Below, piece by piece: positions 25,573 to 38,553 of a stretch of DNA of 64,000 nucleotides. The notes beneath the pieces are model-generated. The model searched no databases. It was not told the origin of the DNA and saw only the letters and a program-made list of their open reading frames with translations. The DNA is from Octopus sinensis (Eukaryota), in contig NC_043002.1 of assembly GCF_006345805.1 (NCBI RefSeq), forward strand, positions 51,708,001 through 51,772,000, given 5' to 3'. Positions within the stretch are counted from its first letter, which is position 1, and the number at the start of each line of letters is the position of its first letter. The position numbers were made by a program, and so were the translations under genes.

Positions 25573-25712
25573 AAACGAAGTAATTTTATTCTACACAGGT
25601 ATAAATATACGACAAGTAGAAGTTGAAAATGCTCTATGAATAGTTAAAATATTTTTATTAATATATTTGAAGCCTTAACTGGTTTCACAATGTACACTGA
25701 TTTTCAAAAGTT
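25340..25712. repeat. Short foldback (about 150-bp inverted arms) with degenerate HHR motifs at the outer tips
   Basis: 25340-25480 is the reverse complement of about 25570-25712; spacer is CT/TA/GA microsatellite. Confidence 0.85.
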
Positions 25713-26076
25713 GAAATAGAAAGACGTGTCTTATGTCGGAGGTGTCTTGCTTCAGGCTAGTTTGCTCTGTTTTTATCGGGAGTTCATGGTTGAAATTAGA
25801 ATATCTTTTGAATAGGATTTGGTTGATAGAAGATAGTCACATGACTAGTCTTAGAAATTTTCGTAGGTCCCCCGCTACGTCCGTGTGTTAGTATCAAGTG
25901 ACAATGTTTGGCGCCGTAAGTTAAGATTGACACAACTGACTGAACAAACAATGCTCTGTCCAAACAATCAATGCTCTGAATGTTTTCTGTAAAGTGTTTG
26001 TAGAGAATGAACACACTATTAGGTTTATAACCTTTTGTATGTTTCCCGCTGCGTCCGGGCATAATGTCACATAACA

Positions 26077-26348
26077 CATGGCCTAGCGGTCGAGGGATTG
26101 CGGGTTCGAATCTCAGACCGGGCGATGAGTGTGTTTATGAGCGAAACACCTAAACTCCACGCGGCTCCGGCAGAAGGTAATGGCGAACTTCTGCTGGCTC
26201 CTTCACCACAACATTTTCTCACTCTTTCCTCCTGTATCTTGCAGCTCACTCACCTGCGACGGATCGGCGTCCCGTCCAGGTGGGGAACCTATACGCCAAG
26301 AAAACCGGGAAACCGGCCCTTATGAGCCAGGCGTGGCTCGAGAAGGAA
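26077..26348 (+). mobile_element. SINE family C (GGAGGCGCAATGGCCCAGTGG-type tRNA head)
   Basis: Matches 30972-31263 and 33061-33365; taacac on both flanks (TSD). Confidence 0.85.
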
Positions 26349-26569
26349 CACGTAACACTATATTTTGCGCCTAAAAAGAAGGCCGACACGGTTGAGTGAG
26401 CATCTTTAGTTATAATCAAGGCACTCCAAATTTAATCTGTCTGGTGGGAGAGTGGACAGGAGATGTTTGTATGTAGTCCAGGGGCTAAAATTTAGTTGTT
26501 CGCTGTGTAGCTTCCTCACAATAAGTGACAAATGAATTTTGTGTGTGAACAGTTATTTGTGTATGTGCA

Positions 26570-26990
26570 ATGTTAAAGTTTGTTAAGTCTAGGCTTGTAC
26601 TTTTGTATGAACGTATTTTCTTTGTTTATCCATGCTTCATCCGTAGTATTCGCTGAACATAGGTAGAATTAGGGAGACTTATCTTTTGCAATTATGTTTA
26701 TGTGACCACTCAGTGGAATCTGTGTAGTTCTGGGGTCTCATATTTGTTGTCGGTGAATGATCACTCTATTTCTTAGAGTAAGCTTTGTTTGACCTGTGTA
26801 GTCTTCATTACATTCTTGGCATTTGAGAGCGTATATCAAACTCCTTGACGAACATGTAAAGTGATTTTTACGGTAAAAGTCTGCCCTGATTTGAATTTGT
26901 ATGTTGTGTCTTCAATAAGGTCCCGCAACTGGGGCAGCCACATTTTTTGACTATTGGTGTAGGAATTGTGGACGGCAGTTTAGCACTTGC
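26570..26990 (-). mobile_element. PLE GIY-YIG fragment
   Basis: FTVKNHFTCSSRSLIYALKCQECNEDYTGQT..HRQQI..QIPLSGH..KENTFIQKYKPRLN. Confidence 0.85.
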
Positions 26991-27823
26991 GAGGAATCTT
27001 TTGAGGGACTTCGATTGTTTTTTTATATATATTTATAAAAATATATATATAAATCCTGTCTAGACTCCCGGGCGATGCATTGCTACGACAGATATGAGAA
27101 TCAACCTTCATAAACGGAACATGACTGGTTTTAGATAGTAAATACTCTCAATAGAAAAAGACCTTACAAAAACCCATGGACGCACACACACCTACACGCA
27201 CACACATGCAAAGACAAAGAAAGACACAAACATACCTTCATGCCCATACAAGTACACGCACGCACGCATACACACACACGCATACAGACATATACACACT
27301 CACATACTCATCTCGGACAGATCTTGGACAAATGCCAATGCTAGAACATGAGCTCAAAAGAAATGGAAGTAGAGTGACGTATCACTGAAGAGATTGCAAC
27401 AATGCAATGAAATAATTATTTGACAAAAAAAAAGGAAAGAAATAACAACATGAACAATACTGAACAATAACAATAAAGGGCCGAACTAGTACGTGTGTCT
27501 ATTCTTATCGACATAATGACTCCCACCAGGGTTCAATAGTATATATATATATATATGCTATTTCGGCATGTTGGTGTCTTCCAGACACCCTCATTTTTAA
27601 TTGTTAAAAAATTTTTACCTTTGTAAGGTATTTCTTTTATGCTGGGCACTTGATAATTTCGACACTTAAATATCGATATTATCCTCATATATATATATAT
27701 ATATATAGAAAATTATATATAGGTGTTTTTTTCTAATATTTTATATATATATATGTATATATATATATAATTATATATAGGTGGTTTTTTCTAATATTTT
27801 ATATATATATTATATATATATAT

Positions 27824-27882
<59 letters not shown>

Positions 27883-27924
27883 ATATGTATATATATATAT
27901 GTATATATATATATGTAATTCAAA

Positions 27925-28800
27925 TTTACAGAAAACAAAAGACGAAGACAGGTGAGGGAACAGCAAGTAGGTGCCTTAATCTAACACTTGGGAAGAGTAC
28001 AAAGGACTTTGATGTTTCGAGCCTATGCTCTTTCACATACAAGTTTCAGAGGGTAAAAAAGTGAAGTGAGAACGAAAACAAAAAGGGAAGAGAAAAGATG
28101 CGTAGGGCTTAACGGTTCAACACGATGAAATGACCGGAAGAGAGAGGTTGAATGAAAGGGTGATAATAACGGTGACCCGGCTGAACAAGGGTGCGCATGT
28201 GTGTATGTGAGGATGGTATGTGATTGTGTATGTATGAATGGAGGCGAGCACGTGTGAATGTATGTGTGGGCGAGCTTAAAATTATGTGGGCCTTTGTGTG
28301 CGTGGGAACGTGTGTGTGTATGTGTATAAGTAACCTAGTGCGTGCATTTTGAGGAGTGATGTTCGTTTCGTATATTTGTGTATGTATGGACGCGTGTATA
28401 TGTGTGAGGCTGTGTATAATATGTGGGTGAGGCTATTGTGTGCATTAGTGCATGGAATGTGTGTGGGTGTATGGATGTTAGTGCATGGAGTGTGTGTGCA
28501 TTATGTTGTGCATAATGGTATGTAGTGTGGGTATTGAGAGATGTGGGGTGCTAGTGTGTGTGGAGTGGGAGGATGTGTGTAAGTGCATGAATGTATGTGG
28601 GTGGTTGCGCAATGGTGTGTGGTGAAGGTACTGAGTTAGGCGCTGTACTGGTGTGGTGTGTGGTGTGAGTACTGAATTGAACAGTGTGTATAGGTGTTTG
28701 TGTAATGGTGTATGTGGTGAGGGTACCGAGTTAGGAGGTGTACAAGTGTGAGGGTGGAAGGGAGAGGCAGTTAGAGGTGGGAGATGTGTGGGAATATGTG
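27925..28800 (-). mobile_element. Probable PLE pseudo-LTR/3' UTR (CA-rich)
   Basis: Compositional similarity to other PLE UTRs in the window; gagc-atag-gctc GAAA hairpin at about 28015-28031. Confidence 0.4.
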
Positions 28801-28859
28801 TGTCTAAAGTATATAGCAGAAATATATTTGATTCTAGTTAAATATATATTTCTTTACTA

Positions 28860-29085
28860 TCCACAAGGGGCTAAACATAGAGGGGACAAACAAGGACAGA
28901 CAAAGGGATTAAGTCAATTACATCGACCCAGTGTGAAACTGGTATTTTATTTATCGACCCCGAGTGGATGAAAGGCAAAGTCGACCTCGGCGGAATTTGA
29001 ACTCAGAACGTAACGACAGACGAAATACCGCTAAGCATTTCGCCCGGCGCGTTAACGTTTCTGCAAGCTCGCCGCTTTTATTCTA
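28860..29085 (-). mobile_element. SINE family A
   Basis: Reverse complement of the family A consensus seen at 3813. Confidence 0.85.
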
Positions 29086-29169
29086 GTTAAATATAGTCCG
29101 GTCATAGAGTGACCAGTAGTTTTGCATCCATAAAGCACTTAGCTCTATGGACGACTCGTCAGATTCTCA

Positions 29170-29170
29170 C

Positions 29171-29241
<71 letters not shown>

Positions 29242-29263
29242 CATACAGACAGACAGACAGGAC

Positions 29264-29320
<57 letters not shown>
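29170..29320. repeat. (GATA)n microsatellite
   Basis: Direct inspection. Confidence 0.95.
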
Positions 29321-29321
<1 letters not shown>

Positions 29322-29689
29322 ATATATGCACACATACATGCATGCATGCATGCATACATATATACATACATACATACATACATGCATGCATACTTGCATT
29401 CATACACAAGCCTATATAAATATTCATGCAGCATGCGTATGCATGAGCGCTGAAATCAAATGCATTCCAGTGGAGACCATTCAGTATTTTACCTATGCAT
29501 TGAACTGCATTGTTTAGCATGTCTTATTTTAATATACCAGGGAGAGGTCTTTTATTATGTTTATAATAGATATATTTGACTGTTAGTTTTAGTAGGTCAA
29601 GGCTCTTTCATTTGGGTCACATACGGATGGTTATAAATGTTAGTGGCTCAAATGAAATTTGTTTAAGCTTTTAATATTTCTCCAAAACA

Positions 29690-29895
29690 AGGTGGCGTGC
29701 TGGCAGAATCGTTAGCACGCCGGACGAAATGCTTCGCAGATTTTGTGCGTCTTTACGTTCTGAATTCAAATTCTGTCGACGTTGCCTTTCATCCTTTGGG
29801 AGTCGATAAAATGTGCACCAGCTGAGCACTGGGGGCGACGTAACGATCTGCCCCCTCTACCGAAATTGCTGGCCTTGAGCCAAAATTTGAAACTA
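29690..29895 (+). mobile_element. SINE family A
   Basis: ggtggcgtgctggcagaatcgttagcacgccgg head. Confidence 0.85.
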
Positions 29896-30031
29896 AACAC
29901 TCTTTTTTTCTCTCTCTCTCTCACTCCCTATCGCTTGCTCCTTGTCGCTCCCTCTCTCTCTATATATATATATATATACATATATATATTTGTGTATAGG
30001 TATATATATGTACACACATATTAACATATAT

Positions 30032-30069
<38 letters not shown>

Positions 30070-30076
<7 letters not shown>

Positions 30077-30830
30077 AAACAAGTCAAAAATAGAAAATGC
30101 TAAAATAATTTTATAGTGAACATTTGAGTACCGGTTTCGGTTATTTTGAGACCTTTTCAACTGTAACGATTAAATAATTAAATTTAGAAAAATTAGAAGA
30201 AAAGTTTTTTTAAAAGAATATTTCTATAGTAGTGTTCAGATTTAAGTGGCATTCTGCCTTTCTCTAACTCCCTTGTTTGCACTTGTGTGTTCGAGGTAGT
30301 TGTGAGTTCTTGGTAGGGTAGTAGAGGGAGAAGGCTGGTGAGGAAAGAGGGGTGGGAGAATCTGGGAGTGCCCTGATGGTCGTATTTTGAATGGTCAGTG
30401 GCGGCTGGCAGTCTCAGTTCAATTCAGGAGAATATTTATATTGACAGGCTTGTTTATAGAATTAGCGTAGGTGTTATACTAAAAAACATTAGTGACAAAG
30501 TTCAGGGGTAGGGGGTGGAGAAGTAGAAGAAGAAGAAGAAGAAGAAGAAGAAGAAGAAGAAGAAGAAGAAGAAGAAGAGAAGAGAAGAAGAAGGAGAAGG
30601 AGAATATGACGATGATGGTGATGGTGGTGATGATTATGACGACGATGATGATGATAATGATGATGAAGAAGAAGAAGAAGAAGAAGGAGGAGGAGAAGGA
30701 GAAGATGGTGGTGATGATGGTGGTGATGATGATGACGACGATGATGATGATAATGATGATGATGAAGAAGAAGAGGAAGAAGAAGAGGGCAAGTAATAGA
30801 TAATGGTCATTACATATTTTTCCTTTATTA
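30070..30830 (-). mobile_element. Solo PLE pseudo-LTR, same family as 11800-12560
   Basis: Reverse-complement similarity including the (GAA/GAT)n tract and HHR. Confidence 0.8.
30126..30163 (-). ncRNA. Hammerhead motif (U3-A8), paralog of 12466-12501
   Basis: cag TTGAAAA ggt-ctcaaaata-acc GAAA ccgg TA ctc. Confidence 0.6.
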
Positions 30831-30971
30831 GAGCAAATTAGGCCTACAGCTATTTCCAGTAGTCATTATAGGTACGTTAGTGATAGGTTTTCCCAATCGG
30901 TTTATGGGTATATATTAGTACATATACATGTACACACACATAAACACACATGCACAACTATATAGTTTGTT

Positions 30972-31263
30972 TCTTCTCGAGCCACTCCTGGCTCATAGGG
31001 CCGGTTTCCCGGTTTCCTTGGGGTATATGTTCCCCACCTGGACGGGACGCCGGTCCATCGCAGGTGAGCTACAAGATGCAGGAGGAAAGAGTGAGAGAAA
31101 GTTGTAGCGAAAGAGTCAGCAGAAGTTCGCCATTACCTTCTGCCGGAGCCGCGTGGAGCTTAAGTGTTTCGTTCATAAACATACACATCGCTCGGTCTGA
31201 GATTCGAACCCGCGATCCCTCGACTGCGAGCCCACTGCTCTAACCATTAGGCCATGTGCCTCC
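30972..31263 (-). mobile_element. SINE family C
   Basis: Full length; cacaactatata direct repeat on both flanks (TSD). Confidence 0.9.
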
Positions 31264-31284
31264 ATACACAACTATATACATATA

Positions 31285-31560
31285 AATAACTCACACACGG
31301 TAGTGCATGAATAATATTCTTATGGTCATCGTTTACTCCCTCGCGACCAATTCTAGATTTTGTCACTAACTCAGTTTTTAACCAAATTAGATGATGTTTG
31401 CATTTTTAGATTGGCCACATCATAAGCTATATTTTCAGTTGCAAAATTTGAAAATTGTTTCAGCAGAAAAACAAGTTTCAGTAAAATGTGTGAGGTGAAA
31501 AACGGGAGAGTAATGCCTGAAATCGATTTTGACTCCAAATATCATTCTTATTTCAAAAGA
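31285..31560. repeat. Dispersed repeat (MITE-like), second copy at 32540-32800
   Basis: tcacacacgg..gaataatattctta..tcgcgacca..cctgaaatcga shared between the two copies. Confidence 0.7.
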
Positions 31561-31800
31561 AAACTATATTAAAATTCAACGTTTCTGATAGCTCTCCACT
31601 AGAGGAATCCAATGATGCCAGTTATATATATAAAAAAAGTTTTAATAAAAAACTACTGGGGCCAAATGTGCTGAAAATAGTGATAACGTTTAAAATCAAA
31701 TTCAAAATCTAAATGTTTGTTTTAACTTCATATGATAGAACTCATCAAAACGAGTGCCGTGGTGCTAACCTTTTCAAGAAAATATTCAAAATGAAAAAAG

Positions 31801-32185
31801 CGTAGGAGTGGCTGTGTGGTAAGTAGCTTGCTTACGAACCACATGGTTCCGGGTTCAGTCCCACTGTGTGGCACCTTGGACAAGTGTCTTCTACTATAGC
31901 CTCGGGCCGACCACAGCCTTGTGAGTGGATTTTGCAGACGGAAACTGAAAGAAGCCCGTCGTATGTATGTCTTTGTGTGTCGGTGTTTGTTCCCCCAACA
32001 TCGCTTGACAACCGATGCTGGTGTGTTTACATCCCCGTAACTTAACGGTTCGGCAAAATAGACCGATAGCATAAGCACTAGGCTTACAAAGAATAAGTCC
32101 TGGGGTCGATTTGCTCGACTAAAGGCAGTGCTCCAGCATGGCCACAGTCAAATGACTGAAACAAGTAAAAGAATAAAAGAGTATA
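31801..32185 (+). mobile_element. SINE family B, full length
   Basis: ggagtggctgtgtggtaag head; gactgaaacaagtaaaaga tail. Confidence 0.9.
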
Positions 32186-32539
32186 TAAGCTAAATGTGCC
32201 AAAGGTAATTAAAACAATTTTCAAGTAATGCTACTTATTCCTGTACTAAGACATTACACGCACGGTCAAGGCTTCGCAGCATTTCGTCTGTTTCTACAAT
32301 CTGAGTTCAAATTCTGCCAAAATCGTCTTTTCCTTTTGTCTTTTCGGTACTTGATAAAATGAGTATCCGCTGGGCACTGAAGTCGATGTAATCAACTTCC
32401 CTCCCTTCCGGATTCGATGATGGCCTTCTGCCAAAATTGGGAAGCAACTTTGCAAAATGTTTGATTCACTTCAGTATTTAGGTATCTAGCAAAGATCTGC
32501 CTTATATTCATAATATACACTATATTTTAATAAATATAA

Positions 32540-32800
32540 TTCACACACGGCAGTGTGTGAATAATATTCTTACGGTCAATATTTACTCACTCGCGACCAC
32601 TTCTAGGCTTTGTCACTAATTCAGTCTTTTTTTTCTAGCGAATTTGATGTTTATACATTTTTAGATTGGTCACCTCCTAAGCTACATTTTGAGCTACAAA
32701 ATTTGAAATTTGGTTCAGCAGAAAAAGTTGAGGTTTCAAATTTGAGATTTCAAAACGAGGAGAATAACGCCTGAAATCGACTTCAGGGTCGATTTCACGC
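32540..32800. repeat. Second copy of the 31285-31560 repeat
   Basis: Direct comparison; ends in a 10-bp hairpin tgaaatcgac..gtcgatttca. Confidence 0.7.
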
Positions 32801-32818
32801 GACGCTGCATACATACTT

Positions 32819-32881
<63 letters not shown>

Positions 32882-33060
32882 CACTTACACATAAGTAACA
32901 TTTAAACGCCTATGAAGAGAAACAAAAGTGAATGTGACAAATACGTAGCTTTAAGGATAGAGGGGGTAAGTTGACAACAATTGATGGCAAGTGGACTTTT
33001 CTGCTGTCCATCGTAAATAAACACTCACACTCAGACACACATACATACATAAATACATGT

Positions 33061-33365
33061 GGAGGCGCAATGGCCCAGTGGTTAGGGCAGTGGACTCGTG
33101 GTCGGAGAATCATGGTTTCGATTCCCAGACCGGGCGTTGTGTGTGTTTATTGAGCGAAAACACCTGAAGCTTCACGAGGCACCGGCAGGGGGTGGTGGCG
33201 ACCCCTGTTGTACTCTTTCGCCCCAACTTTCTCTCACGCTTTCTTCTTGAGTAACGCTGCGATGGACTGTCGTGCCGTCCAAGCTAGTGGGGGGGGAGGA
33301 ACACATACGCCACAGAAACCGGGAAACCGGGCCCATGAGCTTGGCTAGGCTTGAAAAGGGCGCAT
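33061..33365 (+). mobile_element. SINE family C
   Basis: ggaggcgcaatggcccagtggttagggcag head. Confidence 0.9.
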
Positions 33366-33403
33366 AAAAATACATAGATACATACATATATATATATATA
33401 TAT

Positions 33404-33441
<38 letters not shown>

Positions 33442-33567
33442 TTATATATATATTAGAAAAATGAGGTAATCAGAAGATCGGATTGGTTCATATTTATAGA
33501 TATTTATTTATATATTACATTTTTTACATATATATATCATATCATTCAGATCATATCATTCATATTA

Positions 33568-33599
<32 letters not shown>

Positions 33600-33896
33600 G
33601 TCTATATATATATATATATATATAAAAAGGAAATGAAGAAAATGCTGACAAAATAATTTAAGTAAGGGAGAGTGTATTTAATTAGGTGAAAGTTCTTTTT
33701 TTAAACAAAAAAAGAGAAAAATTGGGTTAGAATACAACGTTCATTTTTTGTGAATGATTTCAGTGTATAAGAAAAAAAGTAAGAGTCTTTTACAGTGTTC
33801 TGTTTCAGAATAAGGTATTTAGTAAAAGCGTGTAATATACAGTTTTTGTGGAAAAGTTCAATGTCAGATTTCAGTGTAGATTAAAAAAAGTAAGAG

Positions 33897-33930
33897 TTTA
33901 CCGGTTGCGCATTTGTTATGCTTATCAAAA
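33897..33930 (-). ncRNA. Hammerhead-like motif in left pseudo-LTR (U3-A8; GCAA instead of GAAA)
   Basis: tt TTGATAA gcat-aacaa-atgc GCAA ccgg TA aa; weak stem I. Confidence 0.5.
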
Positions 33931-34352
33931 GATATTTTGAGTGAGATAGAGTTCCTTTGTGATTGATTTTTTTTCTCTTATCTGACTTTATGTTGGGTTT
34001 GCTGTCTCTTATATGTGAAAAAAGAGGCTCCAGAGTTGTTTAAGATTTGCTTGGTTTCGTGCCTAAAATTTCTTATTGTTCATAATAAAGAGGTCACGTG
34101 AATGTGGTCATAATAGAGAGGTCACGTGAATGTTTAGAATGAATGTTGATGTAGGTGGTGTATGGAGTTTTCGAAAATAGCGTTGTTGAAAATTCTTATT
34201 GTTCAGGCTGGTCAGTAGACGTCATGTGGAGATTTTGAATAGCTTTTCAGCGCGTAGTTAAGGAGTGTATTTTCCGCTTGACTGAATTTGAGCTGGAAAA
34301 GTAAGTTCGTTTAGGACAGAAGAGCTATATGTATGTGTGTGTGTGTGTGTGT

Positions 34353-34384
<32 letters not shown>

Positions 34385-34674
34385 TGTGTGCCTATATGTA
34401 TGTTGGGGCGCGCGCGCGTGTATATATGTGTGCGTGTGTGGGTACAATTTTCAATATTTATAGTTCTGCTGGCCTTGTGCCTGTATCGGGAAGCAACGTG
34501 TTTGTGTGAAGTCAATATTTACAGTCATTTCCAAAAAATAGTGTTGGATGTTTTGCACCCGTATCAAATTATGTGTATGTGTGGAACCATATGTTTGCGT
34601 GTGTCATGGTGTTAAATCTGGGTAAAAGTGTGTGTAGGGTGTGTGCAGGTGTAAGTGTGTTTGTGGGGTTCGTG

Positions 34675-37424
34675 TTAGGGGGATGTGTTTAGAAGTGGTC
34701 TGTATTTATTAATAAGGTGGGATTCCGTGGTTATTCGCTGGGTATGAGTGGCATTGTCTTTAAATTTGTAGAGGGGAAAGATTCTAAAATTGGGATGAAG
34801 TTGTGCGGCACAGGTATCAATATGTGCACTAAGTGCTATTTTTCTGTATTTTTATTTGGGATCTATGGACAGCCATGCGTTGGTGGAGGCTATTTTTAGT
34901 TTGGCCTATGTAGTGTTCATTACAGCCCGAGCAAGTTAAGACATATACTAGGTTTTCTGATGCGCATGTGAAGTTGTGTTTTACTGTGAAACGTTGTCCT
35001 TGTTTAAAAAGGAATTCCGGACCTTCTATTAGGTTGATGCATATACCACAGTTGGGTCTATTGCATTTGTTTACTGTGGGTTTAGTTGTTGTCGTTGACA
35101 GTACTTTGGTATTTGTTAGGATGGTTTTCAATGATTTGGGTTGCCTTTTGCTCTTTATGATTTCGAGTGTTAGGAGGATTTGGTCCATTCTATGGTCCTT
35201 TTTTAATACAGGAATGTTCTGGAGGATGGTGTCAAAAGCTTCATGTTGAGGGAGTTGTGTGTGTAGAGATGTATGGTAGAGTATGGGGTTTCGATTGTTG
35301 TAACAGTTTAGGGCGTCTAAGTTCCTGTGTGCTGAGTTTTAGGGCGCGTTGCATCCCATTGTCAATTAGTGACGTGGGGTAATCCCTGCTTGTTAATGTG
35401 TCCTTAAGTTCTTGTAGACGTAAGAGATGGGTGTTTTTATTGGAGACTATAGTGCAAATTCTCTTGGCTAAGTTGTAGGGAATGTTAATTTTAACGTGTC
35501 TAGGGTGGCATGAATTGAAAGGGAGGTATTGCTTGGAGTCTGTGGGCTTGTAGTATATGTCTGTTTCTATTTTTTTATTGTGAATTTTAATGAGGATGTC
35601 GAGGAAGGGAATTTGTTGAGGGCTGTATTCCACTGTGAAAATAATGTTTGTGTTGAGCCCATTTATAAGGGTGTGAAATTCTTTAAGCTTCTCGATGGTT
35701 TCGGGCCAAAGGATGAAGCAGTCATCAAGATATCTCTTCCAGTTCTTCTCTATGTGTGTGTGGAGAGTGGTGCCAAATTGGTTAAGAACGTTATTATAGA
35801 GGGTGATTTCCAGGTATCCCATGACTAGGTTGGCGTAAGTGGGAGCTGTTTTCGTTCCCATTGCCGTCCCTGATTTCTGTCTGTAGAATTTGTTGTTGAA
35901 GGTGAAGAAATTATTCTCTAAGATGAATTTGAGTCCTTCTAAAATAAATTCCTTTTTGATGCGGTGTGGGAGTTCGTTGGAGTAATTATCCAGCCAGAAT
36001 TGGATAGCTTCTATTCCTAGGTTGTGGGGGATGTTGGAGTAAAGATTAACTACATCGAATGTTACTAGCAGGGTTTGTTCAGCAAGAAGTGTATTGGGGA
36101 GGTGGTTGAGCATATCTAGATCGTCCCTTATGTAGCTTTTAATGTGTTTGAGGAAGGACTTGAGAAGGGTATCAATGAAGTTGCTAAGGCGGTGGGTTTC
36201 GCAAGCGGGACCTGCTATTATAGGTCTCAATTTGAGGTCATTTCGTGAGGGGACATTGATTACAGAGTTTGTGGCTTCCTTGCATGCCTTACTTATTAAT
36301 TCGCTTTTATGAATTTTAGGAATACCGTAGAAGAGGCTGGTTTTACTAGTGAAATTTGAGATGAAGTGAGATGAAGTTGAATTCTTTGTTAGTGAGTTCT
36401 TCTTTGTGGGGGTTGATCTGGGTTTTTAAGTTTCTCATAATTTTCTGTTGATTGTAGTGTTCAGCCTTTTCGTAATATGTTCCATTTTCCAAGGTGGAGA
36501 GTGCTAAGTTGATATAGTATTCAGTCTCCATTAAGACTACTGCACTTCCTTTGTCGGCCTCTTTAATGGTGATAGATCTTTCATTTTTTAATTTGTTTAA
36601 TTCTTCCCACTCTTTCTTGTTGAGGTTTTGTTTGGGTTTTGGTTTGTGTAAGTGTTGGTAGGGGAAGTTTGTAATGTGCTCACAGAATTCGTCTAGGATT
36701 TTATTTCTACCTTTTGGTGGGGTGTAGTTGCTTTTATTTCTAGCTAGTGACTCATCCTCATTGTGCTGGTCGAATAGTTCCTCACTAAGTCGTAATTTTC
36801 TGCAAAATTCTGTAATGTCTTCCTTCATTTGGAAGTGGAGGGGGGTGAATTTAAGACCTTTGGAGAGTAAGTTGAGAATGTTGGGGTTGGGCTCTGTATT
36901 GGTTAAATTGATGACTTTAATTAGTTTCTGTTTCTCTTCCCTGTCCTGTGTTATTTTGTTTGCCTGTATCTGTGTGCTGTGTCTAAAAAATGGTTGGTGT
37001 TAAGAGGTCCTGTGTGTTTGTCATATTCTTTGTTGTGAAATATGGTTCGGGTTCGTGGTTGTGGATAGAATGGAGTGTTCCTGTATTGCGGGTGTTGGTG
37101 TGTGTTTCTTTGTGTCATGTTGGATTGTGGTGATATGAATGGCCTACGTGGGTGCTTGTATCGAGTGGTATGGGCTTGTTGTGTATTGTGAGAGTTGAGA
37201 AAGTGAAAATTACCTTGTTGTCCCCTCGTAGTGTGGACGTTGTTGTGTCTATCCTGGTAGTGGAATCCTCTTTTATTTGTTAATAAGGTATTCGAGTAAT
37301 TGTTGAGTTGTTGTGTATAGTGTCTCCTTGAAGGGGGAAATTCGTTAATGTAATTCTGGTGATGAGGGTTTCCAGGGTTCTTGTTCCTCCTTATGGACGG
37401 GGGGGTAAGAAGGTACATCTTCAA
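34675..37424 (-). pseudogene. PLE polyprotein (N-terminal region, RT, thumb, GIY-YIG), interrupted by frameshifts/stops
   Basis: ORFs 37424-36951, 36828-36346 (FCRKLRLSEELF), 36230-35241 (FDVVNLYSNIP, GTAMGTKTAPTYANL, WKRYLDDCF), 35188-34829 (CGIC, ENLVYVLTCSGCNEHYIGQT). Confidence 0.92.
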
Positions 37425-38519
37425 TATGCTGTTTTCCTTTTGTTCGAGGTTGGAGGGTTGGGGAGTAGTTCTGTGGTTGGGTTCCTGGTTTTCCCATTTT
37501 TATGAACGGGTTATTGGAAGAGTAATCCGTTTTGAAAGTCGATTCATAGTTTAGGAACCAGGTGGCACTTTTTACAACTTTAAAGACAATGCCACTCATA
37601 CCCAGCGAATAACTATGGAATCCCACCTTATTAATAAATACAGACCACTTCTAAACACATCCCCCTAACACGAACCCACAACAAACACACTTACACCTGC
37701 ACACCCTACACACACTTTTACCCAGATATTAACACCATGACACACGCAAACATATGGTTCCACACATACACATAATTTGATACGGGTGCAAAACATCCAA
37801 CACTATTTTTTGGAAATGACTGTAAATATTGACTTCACACAAACACGTTGCTTCCCGATACAGGCACAAGGCCAGCAGAACTATAAATATTGAAAATTGT
37901 ACCCACACACGCACACATATATATATACACCCACACACACACACACGCACGCACACACACACGCGCGCGCGCGCACACATACATATAGCTCTTCCTGTCC
38001 TAAACGAACTTACTTTTCCAGCTCAAATTCAGTCAAGCAGAAAATACACTCCATAACTACGCGCTGAAAAGCTATTCAAAATCTCCACATGACGTCTACT
38101 GACAAGCCTGAACAATAAGAATTTTCAACAACGCTATTTTCGAAAACTCCATACACCGCCTACATTATCATTCATTCTAAACATTCACGTGACCTCTCTA
38201 TTATGACCACATTCACGTGACCTCTTTATTATGACCAATAAGAAATTTTAGGCGCGATACCAGCCAAATTTTAACATCTCTGGAGCCTATTTTCTTACCC
38301 CAACACCAACTTCCATTCAAACATTCACGTGACCCCTTTATAATGACCAATCAAAATTGTATTGACAATTGTCCACAAGAAATTTTAGGCGCGAAACCAA
38401 GCAAATCTTAAACAACTCTGGAGCCTCTTTTTTCACATATAAGAGACAGCAAACCCAACATAAAGTCAGATAAGAGAAAAAAATCAATCAGAAAGGAACT
38501 CTATCTCATTTAAAATATC

Positions 38520-38553
38520 TTTTGATAAGCATAACAAATGCGCAACCGGTAAA
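38520..38553 (+). ncRNA. Hammerhead-like motif in right pseudo-LTR (same GCAA variant)
   Basis: Identical to the reverse complement of 33897-33930. Confidence 0.5.

Noticed and set aside
28007-28043. gagc-atag-gctc GAAA ca TC on the minus strand (HHR-like)
   Set aside because: Stem II and GAAA are present but the upstream core does not fit N-U-G-A-N-N-A; at most a decayed motif.
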